From contig OX597837.1 in assembly GCA_951406725.2 (NCBI GenBank), forward strand, positions 41,664,001 through 41,728,000: DNA of 64,000 nucleotides. Reading direction: 5' to 3'. This document shows, in pieces, positions 26,590 to 41,813 of the stretch. The translations under genes were made by a program, and so were the position numbers. Position 1 is the first letter of the stretch; every line of letters begins with the position of its first letter. The notes below the pieces were generated by a model. That model ran no database searches. It saw only the letters and a list, made by a program, of their open reading frames with translations, and was not told the DNA's origin. This DNA is from Octopus vulgaris. Lineage: Eukaryota.

Positions 26590-27030
26590 GCTACTGATGG
26601 TGGGAGTAGTAGTAGTGGTGGTGGTGGTGGTGGTGGTAGCAGTGGTAGTAAAAGCTGTAACAAACGTATTGGCTTTAGTAGTAGTAGTAGCAGCAGCAGC
26701 AGCAGCGATAGTAACGGCGGTAGTATTTGTGCTGCCTGACACGGGTGACAATTTGTCAATTAAGAGACTTCCTCTCGGCGGGTTCGGGGGTTTGAAACAC
26801 AAAACAGCAACTCAATAGAGTCTATGCTATTGGCAAACACGTCCAGCTCTGGTCAAACACATCAACCTTTTCAAGTTTCGGCCCAATTCGGACGGTTTCC
26901 GCTCCTTCCACTCATTATTGGCGATGATCAAAGAACATTTACTGCCACAGACGTTTCGCAGATTTTTGCTGGGTTTTTTTTTTTTTGTTGTTGTGTCCTT
27001 TTTTTTATTTCTCGTTTTTGCTGTTCTTTG

Positions 27031-27063
<33 letters not shown>

Positions 27064-27133
27064 GTTATTATTATTATTATCTTCATCATCATCATCATCA
27101 TCATTATTATTATTATTTATTATTATTATTATT

Positions 27134-27171
<38 letters not shown>

Positions 27172-27204
27172 TATTATTATTATTTTTTTTTTATTATTAT
27201 TATT

Positions 27205-27245
<41 letters not shown>

Positions 27246-27303
27246 TATTGTTGTTGCTGTTATCATCATCATTTTTATTATTATTGTTTTTGTTGTTGTT
27301 GTT

Positions 27304-27341
<38 letters not shown>

Positions 27342-27502
27342 TATTATTATTGTTATTTTTATTAGCTGTTGTTGTTGTAGTTAGTCTTTCTACTACTATC
27401 AATATTATTATTATTATTGTTGTTGTTGTTGTTGTTGTTATTGTTGTAACAACAATTTTGGTTGTTAGTCTTTTTGTTCTTGCTCTTGTTGTTCTTGTTA
27501 TT

Positions 27503-27538
<36 letters not shown>

Positions 27539-27561
27539 GTTGCCACCATTGTCATTTCTTC

Positions 27562-27606
<45 letters not shown>

Positions 27607-29452
27607 CATTGATGCCCTTATTGTTGTTATTGTTGTTGTAGCGACACAGCCACCACAAACACCCCCACCGTTACCATCCTCGCTACCAAAATCAATGTCA
27701 CCACCACCACCACCACCACCCCATCATCACAACACTGCAACCACCACCACCACCACCACCACCACCACCACCACCACCACCACCAACACAACCATCACCA
27801 CCACTAACACAACCATCACCACGAAAACCAACATTCCCAGTTATCGCTCCCCTCCTTTCCACCGTCAACCCAACCATCACTAACACCACCACCACCAATA
27901 CCCCTCCTCCTACTACTACTACAACAACTACTAATAATACTACTATCACACCAGCGCTTTCACCGCCAACGACAACAACAGATCTACCGGCTCCGCTGTT
28001 GCCATCATCACAACCATTATCATTAAGAATACCAAGACTTCTGTCACCATCATTAACGAATACCAACATCAATACAGACACCAGGAACACACACCACCAC
28101 CACCACCATCACTACCATCCCTACCATCTGCACCACCCTCGCCGCCCTCACAACCACCATCCCCGTCATTACCATCAACATTTGTCTTGCACCTTCTGAA
28201 TTCATTTACCGCTGGAATTTTTACTGTCATTGCGTCTGCTTCGAGCGTGTCATGTATGTGTGCGCATGCGTATGTGTGTGTGAGTGCATCTATGTAACAC
28301 ATACATATATATATGCACACACACACACACACGCACGCACACATGTACAGAAACACACACACAAATATACACACGTATGAATCTTTATAATAAAGAGGTT
28401 GATTGTGACTTCGAAGTTTTACACGTATGAATCTTTATAATAAAGAGGTTGATTGTGACTTCGAAGTTTTGCCTGTGTGGCACTTTTGGACTGTATACGC
28501 AAGTGTGATTCACTTAAATGTACTGAGTGATTCTTCAGTTAGAGAGACTGTTTATATATACATACGTGCATACATACACACATACGCCCATCCAGGTATA
28601 TACGAGTATATATACATACACATGTATATACAAATGTACACACATACACATATGTGTGTATATATAGATACATCCATATATATGTCCGTGTGTGTGTATG
28701 TATGTAATATTTTGGTCTAATGCGTATATGTCAATTAGTATGTTGAAGTAAAGCTCTGGCACGGTTTGGGTCATGTGTTTAGTATAAGCAGTGAAAGCAA
28801 AGACGAAATAATTGCTATATCGTTGTGTATTCGCCCTCGACTCGCGCTCAGTTTGATAACAGCCTGCGCGTCGAAGTTTATCTGGGGACTTGGCCTCCAG
28901 ATTTCTGAGACCCACAAATCCCGCTGTTTGGGCCGGATTAACACCCATAGTGACCCCTAACGACTAAAAAGATTTCCCTGCTCCTATATAGGAACTTTTT
29001 CCATTTTCTTCCAACCACTTGAAGGTTTATCTTACTCCAGTTCACTCAGCTGGCCCAAATGAGTTGTAGCTGTAATTCAATGGGGCCATCCTTGTCATGT
29101 TCTATGTGAGGCTGAATCTCCCAGATAACTACGTTAATGAAATGCATGTCTGTGGAGTATTCAACTACTTGCGAGTTAATTTTATTCTCGTAAGGTAATG
29201 AAAAGTGAAAGTGACATCCAATATTTGCTGTGTTTATGTATCTATAACTTTTCTTTCGATCTACTGTCTCTCTCACTTTCTCTCTTTCTCTTTCACTTCC
29301 TCTGTGTCTCTCTTCTCTCCCACTTTTAATTTAACAATGTGAGTATGTGTCTCTGTATCAACTTTAATTTGGATCTACTTTTCTTGCGATGTGATAAACA
29401 TTTAAAAGCACAATACGAACACCGGCACCGCTCACTGTCTCTTTCCCTCTCG

Positions 29453-29490
<38 letters not shown>

Positions 29491-30684
29491 GTCTCACTCT
29501 CTCTCTCTCCCTCCTACTTCCTCTCTGAAACATTTAAAAATACAAAATAAACGCCGTCACTACTCACTATCTCTCTCTCTCTCTCTCTCACTCTCTCTCA
29601 CTCTCTCTTTCTGTCTCTCTTTCTCTCTATAACAAAACGAACGCCGTCACCACTTTCTGTCTCTTTCTCTCTCTCACTCTCTCTTTCTCTCTCTCACTCT
29701 CTCTTTCTCTCTCTCACTCTCTCTTTCTCTTTCTCACTCTCTATTTCTCTCTTACTTCTCTGTCCTCCCCTCTCTCGCTTTGCTACTTACTTCTTTGAAG
29801 TAAGTGTGACACACACCGCAGGTACGTACAAAAACAAACAAAACTAAGCGTATTAATATTATTGATTAAGGAAACAGAAGATAGATTTGGTATTGGTCTT
29901 TATTTTCCACGACGACCGTTTCGACCCATCCTGCTACATGTCCTGTATGGGTGGGATTTTATGCATCATGTTGTGTTGCATCCCTTTTGCAGTCCTGATC
30001 ACATCAGATACGTTCACACATAAAGTTGTGTGTTGCTAAAAATCTTGCGTTTGTGTAGTAATGTTGTTATTTGCCCGATCCAATAAGGGAACGAGGTACT
30101 GCTACGATTGTCATAATTATTAAATGTCTGTAACAAAAATAGTAAATAATAGTTATGAAGCTGAAATTGTACAACATACATACGGTCATAGATTCATACA
30201 TTCGTACATACATACATGCATAGATACATACATACATGCATATATATATATATGCATATATACATACATGCATACATACATATACAAGCCTGTATGTAGA
30301 CAAACTCACACATGTCTGCTTACACAATACATAACTATAGACACATATCGACATACATCACTGCAAACCGATCATAATCTAACGGACTCCATCAAACAGG
30401 CAAATATATATTCACTCACATACACACGCATACACACATATATACACTCATTCATATACACGTATTTATACAGATTGTGGAAGAAGCACATTAAATAATA
30501 TGTAGAATGTACAATGAATAACAAGAGGAGGAAACTATGGGGAATTGTTTAGGAATATGGCTGACGGACGTGCCAATTGTCACAATGGCCGACATGAAGA
30601 TAAATAAGTATATATAGATATGTGTATGTTGTGTATGTATGTGGTGTATATGTATGTGTATATATATATATGTATGTATGCATG

Positions 30685-30752
<68 letters not shown>

Positions 30753-30765
30753 CATATATATACTC

Positions 30766-30818
<53 letters not shown>

Positions 30819-31064
30819 CATATATATGTATATATATATACATATGTATATACATTTATATATATATATACATATATATTTATATTTATATATGCATATG
30901 TATATATATGTTATATATATTTGCATATATTGCATGTATATACATATATATGTGCGTGTGTGTGTGTGTAGTATTATTAATACATATACATTTCTATACA
31001 TGCAGACAGTAACAGAAGAAAATATGAGTGTGTGCGTGCGTATGTGTGTGAGTGTAAACACACT

Positions 31065-31100
<36 letters not shown>

Positions 31101-32056
31101 CATATATATACACACACATACATTCATAAATGCATACATATAGAGAAAAATGATGATGATGATGATGATGATGGGGAGGGGGGACGATGACGATGATGAT
31201 ACTGGTGACAATGAGGATGACGACGAGAACGTGGTGGTGGTGGTGGTGGTAGCGGTGGGGATTATGAATAGGTGGAAGGGAGGGTGGGAGGTGGGGGAAT
31301 ACAGGAGTCTGAAGAAGACCGAAATCTCCACGTACAAAAAGGAGCGCGGCTGGTCGGTGGTGGTCGGGGGTGGGTGGGTGAGGTGAGCGTGGTGGATAGG
31401 TAGGTTGTTGGCTGGCTGGTTGGCTGGCTGGCTGGCTGGTTGGTTGGTCGGCGGCGGCGGGTTGATGAGTGAGGATGGCGAAGGAGAGATACCACCAATA
31501 TGGCTGACAAGCGACGGCCATCAATGATACAACGGTGGAAAAGATAAATGTTTTCTTTCATCGTTCGATATAGTCAAGGAAGCGAACCAGCGTCACCTTT
31601 GACCCTCGCTGAACAATCATCAGTCGATGTCTTCGTACGACGACTCTCGATTGGGCGCGCTTCAGAACGGAGCCGAGAAATTAGAGCGGTGTGGGGGGTA
31701 AATAAGTAGCGCGTTGAGGGAGAGCGGAAGAGAGGAGTAATGAGGAGGAGGAGAGATATATAGGTGCGATTGGGAATGAAAGAGAGACAGTTAGTGAGAG
31801 AGAGAGGGGAGAGAGAGATGGAGAGAAAATGGGTTGTGTGGATTCATAGAGGAAAGGCGTATATGGGTAGGGCAGACAGACAGACATACAGAGAGATGAA
31901 AAGGCAGAGATAAAAAGAAAAGGATAGAGAGAGAGAGAGCGAGAGAGAGAGAGAGAGAGAGATAGAGCGAGAGAGAGAGAGAGAGGGAGAGATAGTGAGA
32001 GAGAGAGAGAAATAGCGAGAGAGAGAGATAGCGAGAGAGAGAGAGAGAGAGATAGC

Positions 32057-32099
<43 letters not shown>

Positions 32100-33597
32100 T
32101 GAGAGAGAGAGAGCGAGAGTGAGAGAAATAGCGAGAAAGAGAGAGAGAGAGAGATGGTGGGTGGAAAGAGGGAATGGTCGGGGAGTAAGAGAAAGAGGAG
32201 TAATGGCAAGATAGAGAGGTAACGATATATGTGTGTTGGTTTATGAATATGTGAAAGAGAAAGAGAATGAGAGGGGTAGTACGAGAGAGGGAGAGAGAGA
32301 GAGAGACGTGTGTTTGTGAGATGGAATGGGAGGGAGACAGACGGAGAAGACACAGGAGAGAAAGAGAGAGAGTGTGTGAGATTGTGTGTGTATGTGTGTG
32401 TGTATGATGGAGAAAGTAAGATTGCAAAGAAAGTAGAGATGTGTGAGAAAGTGAGAGGGGGAGGGAGAGGTGTCTGTGTGTGTGATAGAGAGAGAGGGAG
32501 AGAGAGGAATGATGTGGGGTGAAGTGAGAGAGCGAAGGATATCTGGTTCGGTGTAAAAGAAAGAAAGAGAGAGAGGAAGTGTGGATGAGAAGGGAGGAGG
32601 AGGGAGGGGGGAGGGATGAGGAGGGAGGGGGGAGGGATGAGGAGGGAGGGAGAGAAATGTGGACGAGGGAGGAAGGGTGAGTGAATGAGTTTGTGAGTGG
32701 GGGGGAAGGGAATAGTTACGATTTATCACCACTGAGAGGGGGAGCAGGAGGGAGACGGAGAACGCGACGGATAGACTAACACAGAGAGAGAGAGAAAATT
32801 GGACAGATAGACGGAAAGAGGGAGGGTGAGACAGAGACATAAAGAGAGAAAGAGAGACAGACAGAAAGACTGAGCTAAAGGGAGAGAAAGAGAGAAAGAT
32901 ACAGAGAAATAGACGGAGAGAGACAGAGAGTCAGACAGACAGAGAGAGAGAGAGAAAGAAAAACAGTTAGTCAACCAGCCAGATGGATAGATATATATAG
33001 ATAGAGAGAGAGAAAGAGAGAAAGTGAGAAAGAGGGGAGAGGGAGAGAGAGAGAACGAGGGGAGAGTAAAGGGTAAAGACTGGTGTAGTGTGAGGCGGTG
33101 ATATCTCTGTTAAAGAGAGAAAGGGAGTGGGAGGAGGAAGAGTAATAAACATCGAGTGAGAGAGATCTTTATATTAAGAGATATGTGAAGGGGAAGGAGG
33201 GAGAGGAGAGTTTGAGAGAGAAGGAATGACTAGTTTAGAGAGTGTTGTCTATGTTAGACAAGGAGGGGGAGAGAGGAGAGAGGAGTAGTGGTAGGCAGTC
33301 TTTTTAAATAGGATTTCCGATTGAATTAGATGTATTGAAACAGTTGGACCGAAGTGAGGGAGAGAGAGAGAAGGAATTTTAGGAAGGAGGAGGAAGGAGG
33401 AGGAGGAGAAGAAGAAGAAGAAGAAGAAGAAGAAGAAGAAGAAGAAGAAGAAGAAGAAGAAGAAGAAGAAGGAAGAAGAAGAAGAAGAAGAAGAAGAAGA
33501 AGAAGAAGAAGAAGAAGAAGAAGGAAGAAGAAGGAAGAAGAAGAAGAAGAAGAAGAAGAAGAAGAAGAAGAAGAAGAAGAAGAAGAAGAAGAAGAAG

Positions 33598-33630
<33 letters not shown>

Positions 33631-35037
33631 AAGAAGAGACGGGCAGAAAAAGAGACAGAGACAAAGAAAGAGTTGAAGAAAAGGGAAAAGAGAGAGTGGA
33701 TGTTAGAAGAGGAAATGGTGTTGTTGTTGTTGTTGTTGTTGTTGTGGTTGTTGTGGCGGTGGTGGTGAAGGTGGCGGTATGGTGGGGGTTGGGGAAATGG
33801 ATGATAAACGTGGGTCGGAGATTATGTCTTACGAGTGAGCAACATATAATTTGCTTTTTAAAGACGACGAACAACAACAATGGCGATGATGACGATGATG
33901 AGGATGGGTGGGAGGAAGAGAGGATGAAAAAAATGAGTGCAAGGAGAGAGAACGTCATCATCATCATCGTCGTCATCATCACCACCACTGCTTCACTATC
34001 GTCATCATGAACATTGCCATCATCATCGTCATCGCCATCATCATCATCACCGTCATCAACACCTTCGTCGTCGTCGTGATCGTCATCCCACCACCACTAC
34101 CTTCTTCATCATCATCATCGTCATCATCATCATCATCATCATAGTCGTGTCGTTGTCCACCACCACCACCACCACTGTCTTCACCATCGTTATTATTATG
34201 AACATCCTTTCCATCATCGCCATTGTCATCATCACCACTGCTTTCATCATCATTAAACACGATCAACGTCATCATCATCATCGTGATCGTCGTGATCGTC
34301 ATCGCACCATAACCTTCATCATCATAGTCGTTGTCCACCACCACCACCACCACCACCACCACGCCATCACCATCACCGTTATCAAGTACAATTTCCATCA
34401 TCGTCATCATCATCATCATTAACATCATCATCATCATCATCATCACCATCGTCATCACCATACTCGTCGTCGTTGTCAATCTTAACAAGACGATAACATT
34501 GTTTCGCCATTTTCGCGGCTGTAGTTGATGGAATCGTTTTCTTGAAAACACTCGTCTTCCTTGATCTTATACGATGTTCTGGACTATATCAGAGCTCTGT
34601 GTATTAGACTACAGCTAACGTCATCATTAAAAACCAATCGGTGTCAGCGAGGTGACCATACAAATGACAGCTTAAAAAGACCAATAATTCATAATCTATT
34701 GGACAGCCAGCCGACTCCTTCATCCCTCAGATGTCGTCTGTCAAACTGCCTGCCGCCTGCTTGATCGTCTGCCATCGGTTTCGGCGGCTGTCCGACGTGA
34801 ACTTCTGCTCCGTTCTCTTCAACTGTTTGACTGTCGCCGCCATTATACTTTTTCAAACGGTCTTCTATCCTTTTTCCTACAAAACTTTGAACTTTTCTGT
34901 TCCTCGCTTCTGTTTTTTAAAAAGCGAAATTTGTTGGATCTCGTTGGAGCAAGTTTCGTTGCTATGCTGTTTAGCACTCGAAATTGTTTGATATCTATTT
35001 CTTTGTCTAGTTATCTGACTATCTATCCATTTATCCG

Positions 35038-35130
<93 letters not shown>

Positions 35131-35302
35131 GTATATGTCTATCTATCTATCTAGCTAGCTGTCTGTCTATCTGTTTGGCTATCAATCAATCTAGCGACCT
35201 ATATATATGTCAGTTTATCTTTTTATTTATCAATCTATCCTTTCTTAATCTATCTTTCTGTCTCTATGTATGTATGTGTGTGCGTGTATGTATATATATA
35301 TT

Positions 35303-35355
<53 letters not shown>

Positions 35356-35418
35356 ACATACATATATGTATATACAGCTATCTATCTGCCTCTGTCTTAT
35401 ACACACAGACATATACAC

Positions 35419-35515
<97 letters not shown>

Positions 35516-35530
35516 TACAGACAGACAGAC

Positions 35531-35581
<51 letters not shown>

Positions 35582-36214
35582 TAGATACGCACGCACGCCA
35601 ATATACATATATATGCATATGAGTACACACACACACACTGACACAGACACAGAGCTTACTTTTTCTTTGTTTATTTTGTCTCATTTTCCTATTTTATTCC
35701 CGATAAGTTTATATTTGCACATAATTTATAGTTTTTCTAATTTTTGACATCAAGCGAAAATGTTTCACCTTCGTGGCGGACGTGGGTATACACAACCACC
35801 ACCACCACCACCACCATTACCAACACTACCACCACTACTCACCACCACCAACAAGACCAACGTTCTCTCTGCTTTGTTTGTTTGTTTCGTTTTTTTTTGC
35901 GTTTTGTTTTAGTTTTATTTTTCTTTGTTTTTTTATGTACATTTGCTTCGATATTTCCTATATTTTTCCTCTCTAAGTCACAATTTTTTGTTTTGTTTTT
36001 TTTTGTTTTTTCTTTATCCACCTTGACACACGAAAAAGCTCGACGTAGTCATGACAACAAGGGAGATAATAAAGAAATATTGTTTCGGTGAAGCGTCAAG
36101 ATTAACCGAGTCTCTCTCTCTCTCTCTCTCTCCCTCACTCTCTTTCGCTATCTGTCTATCTATCAATATATATGTATATGTCTATCCCTCCATCTATCTA
36201 TCTTTCTGTCTATG

Positions 36215-36269
<55 letters not shown>

Positions 36270-36288
36270 CTATCTGTCTATCTATCTA

Positions 36289-36327
<39 letters not shown>

Positions 36328-36345
36328 ACCTCTACCTATATATCT
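26590..36345. repeat. Microsatellite-dominated region (ATT/ATC, CAC, TA, GA, GAA, GATA) with short unique islands
   Basis: Direct reading. Confidence 0.85.
29905..30012 (-). ncRNA. Degenerate hammerhead-like motif
   Basis: On -: CTGATGT..gtc-GAA-ACGGTCGT-C. Confidence 0.35.
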
Positions 36346-37129
36346 CAAATCTAGTCTTCTGTATAAGCTGTCTTCCTTGTCTGCATAAATCACCACAAAA
36401 AGTCTGTGATTAGCAGCAAATACTAAGTTTTATTTGTACGAACTTGGAAACATTTCTTTGAAATATCTCTTCCTCACCCAGTCATCTAATCACGATTGAT
36501 TATTGTGGCATCTAACAAACCAAAGACTTCGAAAGCACCAGACAGCAAGGTCAACGACTCAATGTGGTTGCTAAATCCACTAGAAATAGCAGCCAAAAGC
36601 CCTGCGTCTCAAATTATGCGTTGTTGTAGTATGAATTGCTGGTAGGGACACGGTATTTCGTTCTGCAACCATCAAATGCTACAAAGTATATAAAACATTT
36701 ATAAGTCAACAGTAACCACTCAACGCTTGGTGAAATTTTTGGATCTTTTCACTTTGACCGGCAGATTTAAAAAATAATTTCTTTGTAACTAAACACTTTT
36801 AAACTTCGTATACTGGTAGAATGTGTCACATAGAACATCTTTTTCTCTTGGCGTTCTTGAGAAAATTCCGCCAGGTTCCAGGATAGCGCTTCGGAATTTG
36901 AATTGAGTCCTAAGAAAACTAGTACGTTTGCAATCCATCGAAAGATGACTTGTTTTAGTGCTAGCAGTGCGATATAAACACTTTTAATTTGATCTTTCCA
37001 GATCTTCAATAAAATTTAGAGCCAGCACTGAAAATTACGATGTTTCGTATACGAATATGTAAACAATACGACAGAACAGCGCTTCTTAAACTTTTTACAT
37101 TCACAAACCCATTTTTCATCACATGATTT

Positions 37130-38423
37130 GAATCTTTACCTTTTGACCGACAGATTTAGAAAATTATTGTTTTGTAACTAAATACTTTCAAACTTCGTAT
37201 ACTGGTAGAATGTGTCATATAAAACATCTTTTACTCTTGGTGTTTTTGAGAAAAGTTTATATTTACGAAGTTATTTCGTGTTAAAGTTGTCGGATTTCGG
37301 TAATTTCAACCAATCAATGACGTGTATTCAGCTGAATAAAATTACTGCTGTTGTTTGTCAACAAGAACTTCCAGAGGTGTATATTTCGTTTGTCACTGTT
37401 ATTTATGACATATTTCATCTCAGTTACGTTTGTATGAATAAACGAGTTTATCTGAAGGAATGTTTACTTCATGGCACCACCATAATCATTCGTGAATTTC
37501 AACTGCTTCTAGTTTTTTTTCCTGTCTTTCAGCTACTATTTTCGAAAAGGCTCCCCCCTACCCCTCCAATTTCTTCATTTTTCCATAACTCTAACCCTAG
37601 CCCTAAAACCTTAACCCTAAAACTCTAACCCTAACTTTAAAACCCTAACCCTAACTCTAAAACCCTAACCCTAAAACCCTAACCCTAAAATCCTAACACT
37701 AAAACTCTTACCCTAACTCTAAAACCCTAACCCTAACCCTAAAACCCTAACCCTAAAATCCTAACTCTAAAACCTTAACCCTAACTCTAAAACCCTAACC
37801 CTAAAACCCTAACCCTAAAACCCTAACTCTAAAACCTTAACCCTAACTCTAAAACCCTAACCCTAAAACCCTAACCCTAAAACCCTAACCCTAACTCTAA
37901 AACCCTAACCCCAAAACCCTAACCCTAAAACTCTAACCCTAACTCTAAAACCCTAACCCTAAAACCCTAACCCCAAAACCCTAACCCTAAAACTCTAACC
38001 CTAACTCTAAAACCCTAACCCTAAAACCGTAACCCTAAAACCCTAACCCTAACTCTAAAACCCTAACCCTAAAACCCCATCCCTAACTCTAAAACCCTAA
38101 CCCTAAAACCTTAAAGCTAAAGCCAGTACAAACACACAAACGATATCATAAATAACAGTGACAAACGAAAAGTACACCGCCGATAGATGTTGTTGACAAA
38201 CAACGGCAGTAATTTTATTCAGCTGAAAACACGTCATTGATTGGTTGAAATTACCTAAATAGTACTACTTTAACGTGAAATTACTTCGTAAATATAAGTT
38301 TTTCTCAAAAATGCTTAGAGTAAAAGATGTTTTATGTGACACATTCTACCAGTGTCCGAAGTTTGAAAGTGTTTAGTTACAAAAAATTAATTTCTCGATC
38401 TGCCATTCAAAGGGAAAAGATCC
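37130..38423. mobile_element. Merlin-like MITE with ~280-bp TIRs enclosing a telomere-like array
   Basis: Inverted arms 37130-37410 / 38140-38423 ending gaaaagatcc; related to the 410-bp MITE family; partial copy 36741-36880; no TSD seen. Confidence 0.65.
37587..38118 (+). repeat. Telomere-like array of CCCTAA / CCCTAAAA / CTCTAAAA units
   Basis: Direct reading. Confidence 0.9.
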
Positions 38424-38424
38424 T

Positions 38425-38650
38425 TTGCAGAGAGATGCTGCATCTTTCACAAATGCCGACCAGATCTGGCAATTTGAGGCTAATGACTGCGTGATCTCCA
38501 ACCACTCCTTATTCCAGCGGCGAACGCTGTAGATATGGGGGTCTTAAGTTGGGTTCCAGATCAGCCTTGACTGTCATCAGCCAGGTTTTTCGTTGTCCAC
38601 CACATCGCTTTCGCCGACCCTGAAGGGGAGCTGGGGCAATTGCTTCATAG
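38425..38650 (-). mobile_element. RTE-like LINE 3' fragment
   Basis: GRRKRCGGQRKTWLMTVKADL. Confidence 0.6.
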
Positions 38651-38899
38651 ATGAAAAAAAAAAAGTCCACCAACAAGAAGAAGCAGGTCTCAAATGAGTC
38701 GGAAAAGAGATTAGTACATGCACTCTGCAACCCTCAAAAGGTAATATGCAGAGGCTGTGCAAATTGCAGCTACCGAAGAAGTCTTTTTTGAATATGGCAG
38801 AGAAGATAATGCAGCTGCCGACATGGATTGAAAATCAAAGCGATGCATTTCAATGCACAAGATCACCTCAGGTGACAGACCCAGGATGGCCACCACTAA

Positions 38900-39900
38900 A
38901 ACCTACCCAGATATCGCACCCATATTCCTGTTGAACATCGGAGGCCTGCTAAAACTCAGCAACAGAGGTAAAATTTTTCTATCTAAAAGAGCTTGCCGCA
39001 TGCAATCAAGCAATATGCATGGCACTCACTGAAATGCATCTAACCCATAATGTAACAGATGCAGAAGTACACATACCAGGGTGTGCTATATTTTGTGCAG
39101 AAGAGAAAGAGACCATGGTGTCATTACTAGAACTCTCTAATATGCCGGTCATGGAACATATGAGACTCATGCCAACCAGGGGAAATATCTTGGACCACTG
39201 CTTCACCAATAAGGTAGACCTTATCCATAATGTGAGGGTGGTACCATAGCACTCTCAGACCACTACATTGTTGAACCAACTATGTATGGTCCTAAGCAAA
39301 CTGCTGGTATCTGCCTCTAAGGCAGCAAGCTGGCAGAAACGTTAGCACTCCGGGCAAAATGCTTAGCGGTATTTCGTCTGCCACTACGTTCTGAGTTCAA
39401 ATTCCGACGAGGTTGACTTCACCTTTTATCCTTTCGGGGTCGATTAAATAAGTACCAGTTACGCACTGGGGTTGATATAATCAACTTAATCTGTTTGTCT
39501 GTCCTTGTTTATCCCCTCTGTGTTTAGCCCCTTGTGGGTAGTAAATAAATAGGTATTTCGTCTGCCGTTACGTTCTGAGTTCAAATTCCACCGAGGTTGA
39601 CTTCACCTTTTATCCTTTCGGGGTCGATTAAATAAGTACCAGTTACGTACTGGGGTCGATATAATCGACTTAATCTGTTTGTCTGTCCTTGTTTGTCCTC
39701 TCTGTGTTTATCCCCTTGTGGGTAGTAAAGAAAAAGGTATCTGCCCCATCAGGAGGACTCAAGCCATATCCAGCCTGAATTTCAACAAAGCAAAATGAGA
39801 ATCAATCTGCAAAGAGATCCACAAACCAAACTGGTTCAACATTCTATGTATGCAAGACATTGACTTGAAACTCAGTTTATGCCAATAGTGCAAGCTATAT
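38900..39900 (+). mobile_element. CR1/L2-like LINE endonuclease remnant interrupted by a SINE-B dimer (39320-39737, TSD ggtatctgcc)
   Basis: LLNIGGL..MALTEMHL..AEVHIPG..PTRGNILDHCFTN; degenerate. Confidence 0.7.
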
Positions 39901-39921
39901 ATGCACTAAATATATACTCTT

Positions 39922-40331
39922 TACTCTTTTACTCTTTTACTTGTTTCAGTCATTTGACTGTGGCCATGCTGGAGCACTGCCTTTAATCGAGCAACTCGAC
40001 CCCGGGACTTATTTTTTTGTAAGCCCAGTACTTATTCTATCAGTCTTTTTTGCCGAACCGCTAAGTAACGGGGACATAAACACACCAGCATCAGTTGTCA
40101 AGCAATGCTAGGGGGACAAACACAGACACACAAACACACACACGCATATATATATATATATACATATATACGACGGGCTTCTTTGGGTTTCCGTCTACCA
40201 AATCCACTCACAAGGCTTTGGTCGGCCCGGGGCTATAGTAGAAGACACTTGCCCAAGGTGCCACACAGTGGGACTGAACCCAGAACCATGTGGCTGGTAA
40301 GCAAGCTACTTACCACACAGCCACTCCTGCT
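39922..40331 (-). mobile_element. SINE family A, full length
   Basis: Family consensus. Confidence 0.88.
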
Positions 40332-40439
40332 GGAAAGAAAGGCCAACATACTGACAAACAAGATTCCCAGGGACAGAGAAATCCTTATGAGATGCAGATC
40401 GAAGGGCTCAAACCAGTTGACTAGGCAACTGAAGGATAG

Positions 40440-41187
40440 GGAGAAGTCTGTTTTAATACAGATGCTCCCAGGCCCTTTTACTATCTCTCGAATAAGCCTC
40501 AAATTGTGTAGGTCTTTACCTCAATAAGGCCAAGACTGAATATATAAACAAGTGCCTGTCCAACAGTGATTGCATCATCCATACTCTCAACAATGCACCC
40601 TTAAATATGGTTTCTGATTACAAATATCTTGGGTCATACATATCATCATCTGGAAAAGACTTTCTAACTAGAAAGGGTATGGCCTGGTCAGCCTGTAATG
40701 ACATGCATAAGATCTGGTCATCAAACCTAAGTGGAGACTTCAAACTTGAAATCTTCAAAGCCACAGTCGAACCAATTCTACTATATGGCTCAGAAACCTG
40801 GATGTTATCAAAGAAGCTTGAGAGGCTGTTGGATGGAACCTTCACTCACCTCCTTATGAGAGCTCAAAATCTCTCGTGGAAGCGCCATCCAACCAAAATG
40901 CAAATATATGGGAAACTACCACCTGTGTCATCTCTTGTGAGAGGTAAGAGAGTCCAGTTTGCTGGACATTGTTGTAGAGCTGAAAACGAGGTAATTTCTA
41001 CTCTTCTCCTCTGGAAGCCATCTACTCGCAATACCAGAGGGCGCACACTCTCCTACCCTGATGTAATCTCCAGGGATACAGGCATCCAGCAACAGGACCT
41101 CCATAATGCCATGATGGACTGTGAAGTCTGGCGTAACATGGTAAATTCCATTGTCTCGACCACAGTCGAACAATGATGATGATGATG
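40440..41187 (+). mobile_element. RTE/RTE-X LINE 3' fragment with (ATG)n tail
   Basis: ORF 40607-41176 DYKYLGS..RKGMAW..PILLYGSETW..FAGHCCR..LLLWKP. Confidence 0.88.
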
Positions 41188-41772
41188 AGAAATTGAAAGC
41201 AAGATAAAACTCTCTCATGAAAAGGGAAGAGCAGAGAGAGAGAACAGAGCTGTGGAAGGTATAAAAACAAAGGAGGAAGAGGTGGAGGAGGACCTAGCAG
41301 TAGAGGCTACCTGTGGAATCTACTTTCTGGAATGACATCTGCCATTTTGACCCAGGGAATACACCTTGTGCAATTGGTTCAGAAAAGAGCGTTTATTCCA
41401 AACCCCAATCACTTTGCTTTCGCTTTTTCTTGCTTCTACGTGTAACAACACACGACCTCTTTGCTGATATTTACTTCCTGATGGAATGCCCTTAAAGTTC
41501 ACTACTTAAAATTCGTTTTTGCCCTTAGCGGCACCATTTTCTTTCTTTCTTTTACCTTCTCTCCTCAATCAATCTCGGAGTTAAAAATCAAGATTCATTT
41601 TCAATACATAACATCACTTCTCTCCCCATTCATTATGTCAAAAGTCTGTTTGTAAATATATGGAGGAATATTTTCATTTGAGTTTGGCTTATTTTTACAG
41701 GAGTTCGTAACGGATCTTACTTTTTAGCAACCCATCATATGTGTGTGTGTGCACGCGCATGTGTGTGTGTGC

Positions 41773-41813
<41 letters not shown>

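Noticed and set aside
37587-38118. True telomere or chromosome-fusion scar
   Set aside because: Single orientation, variant units, enclosed by transposon TIRs
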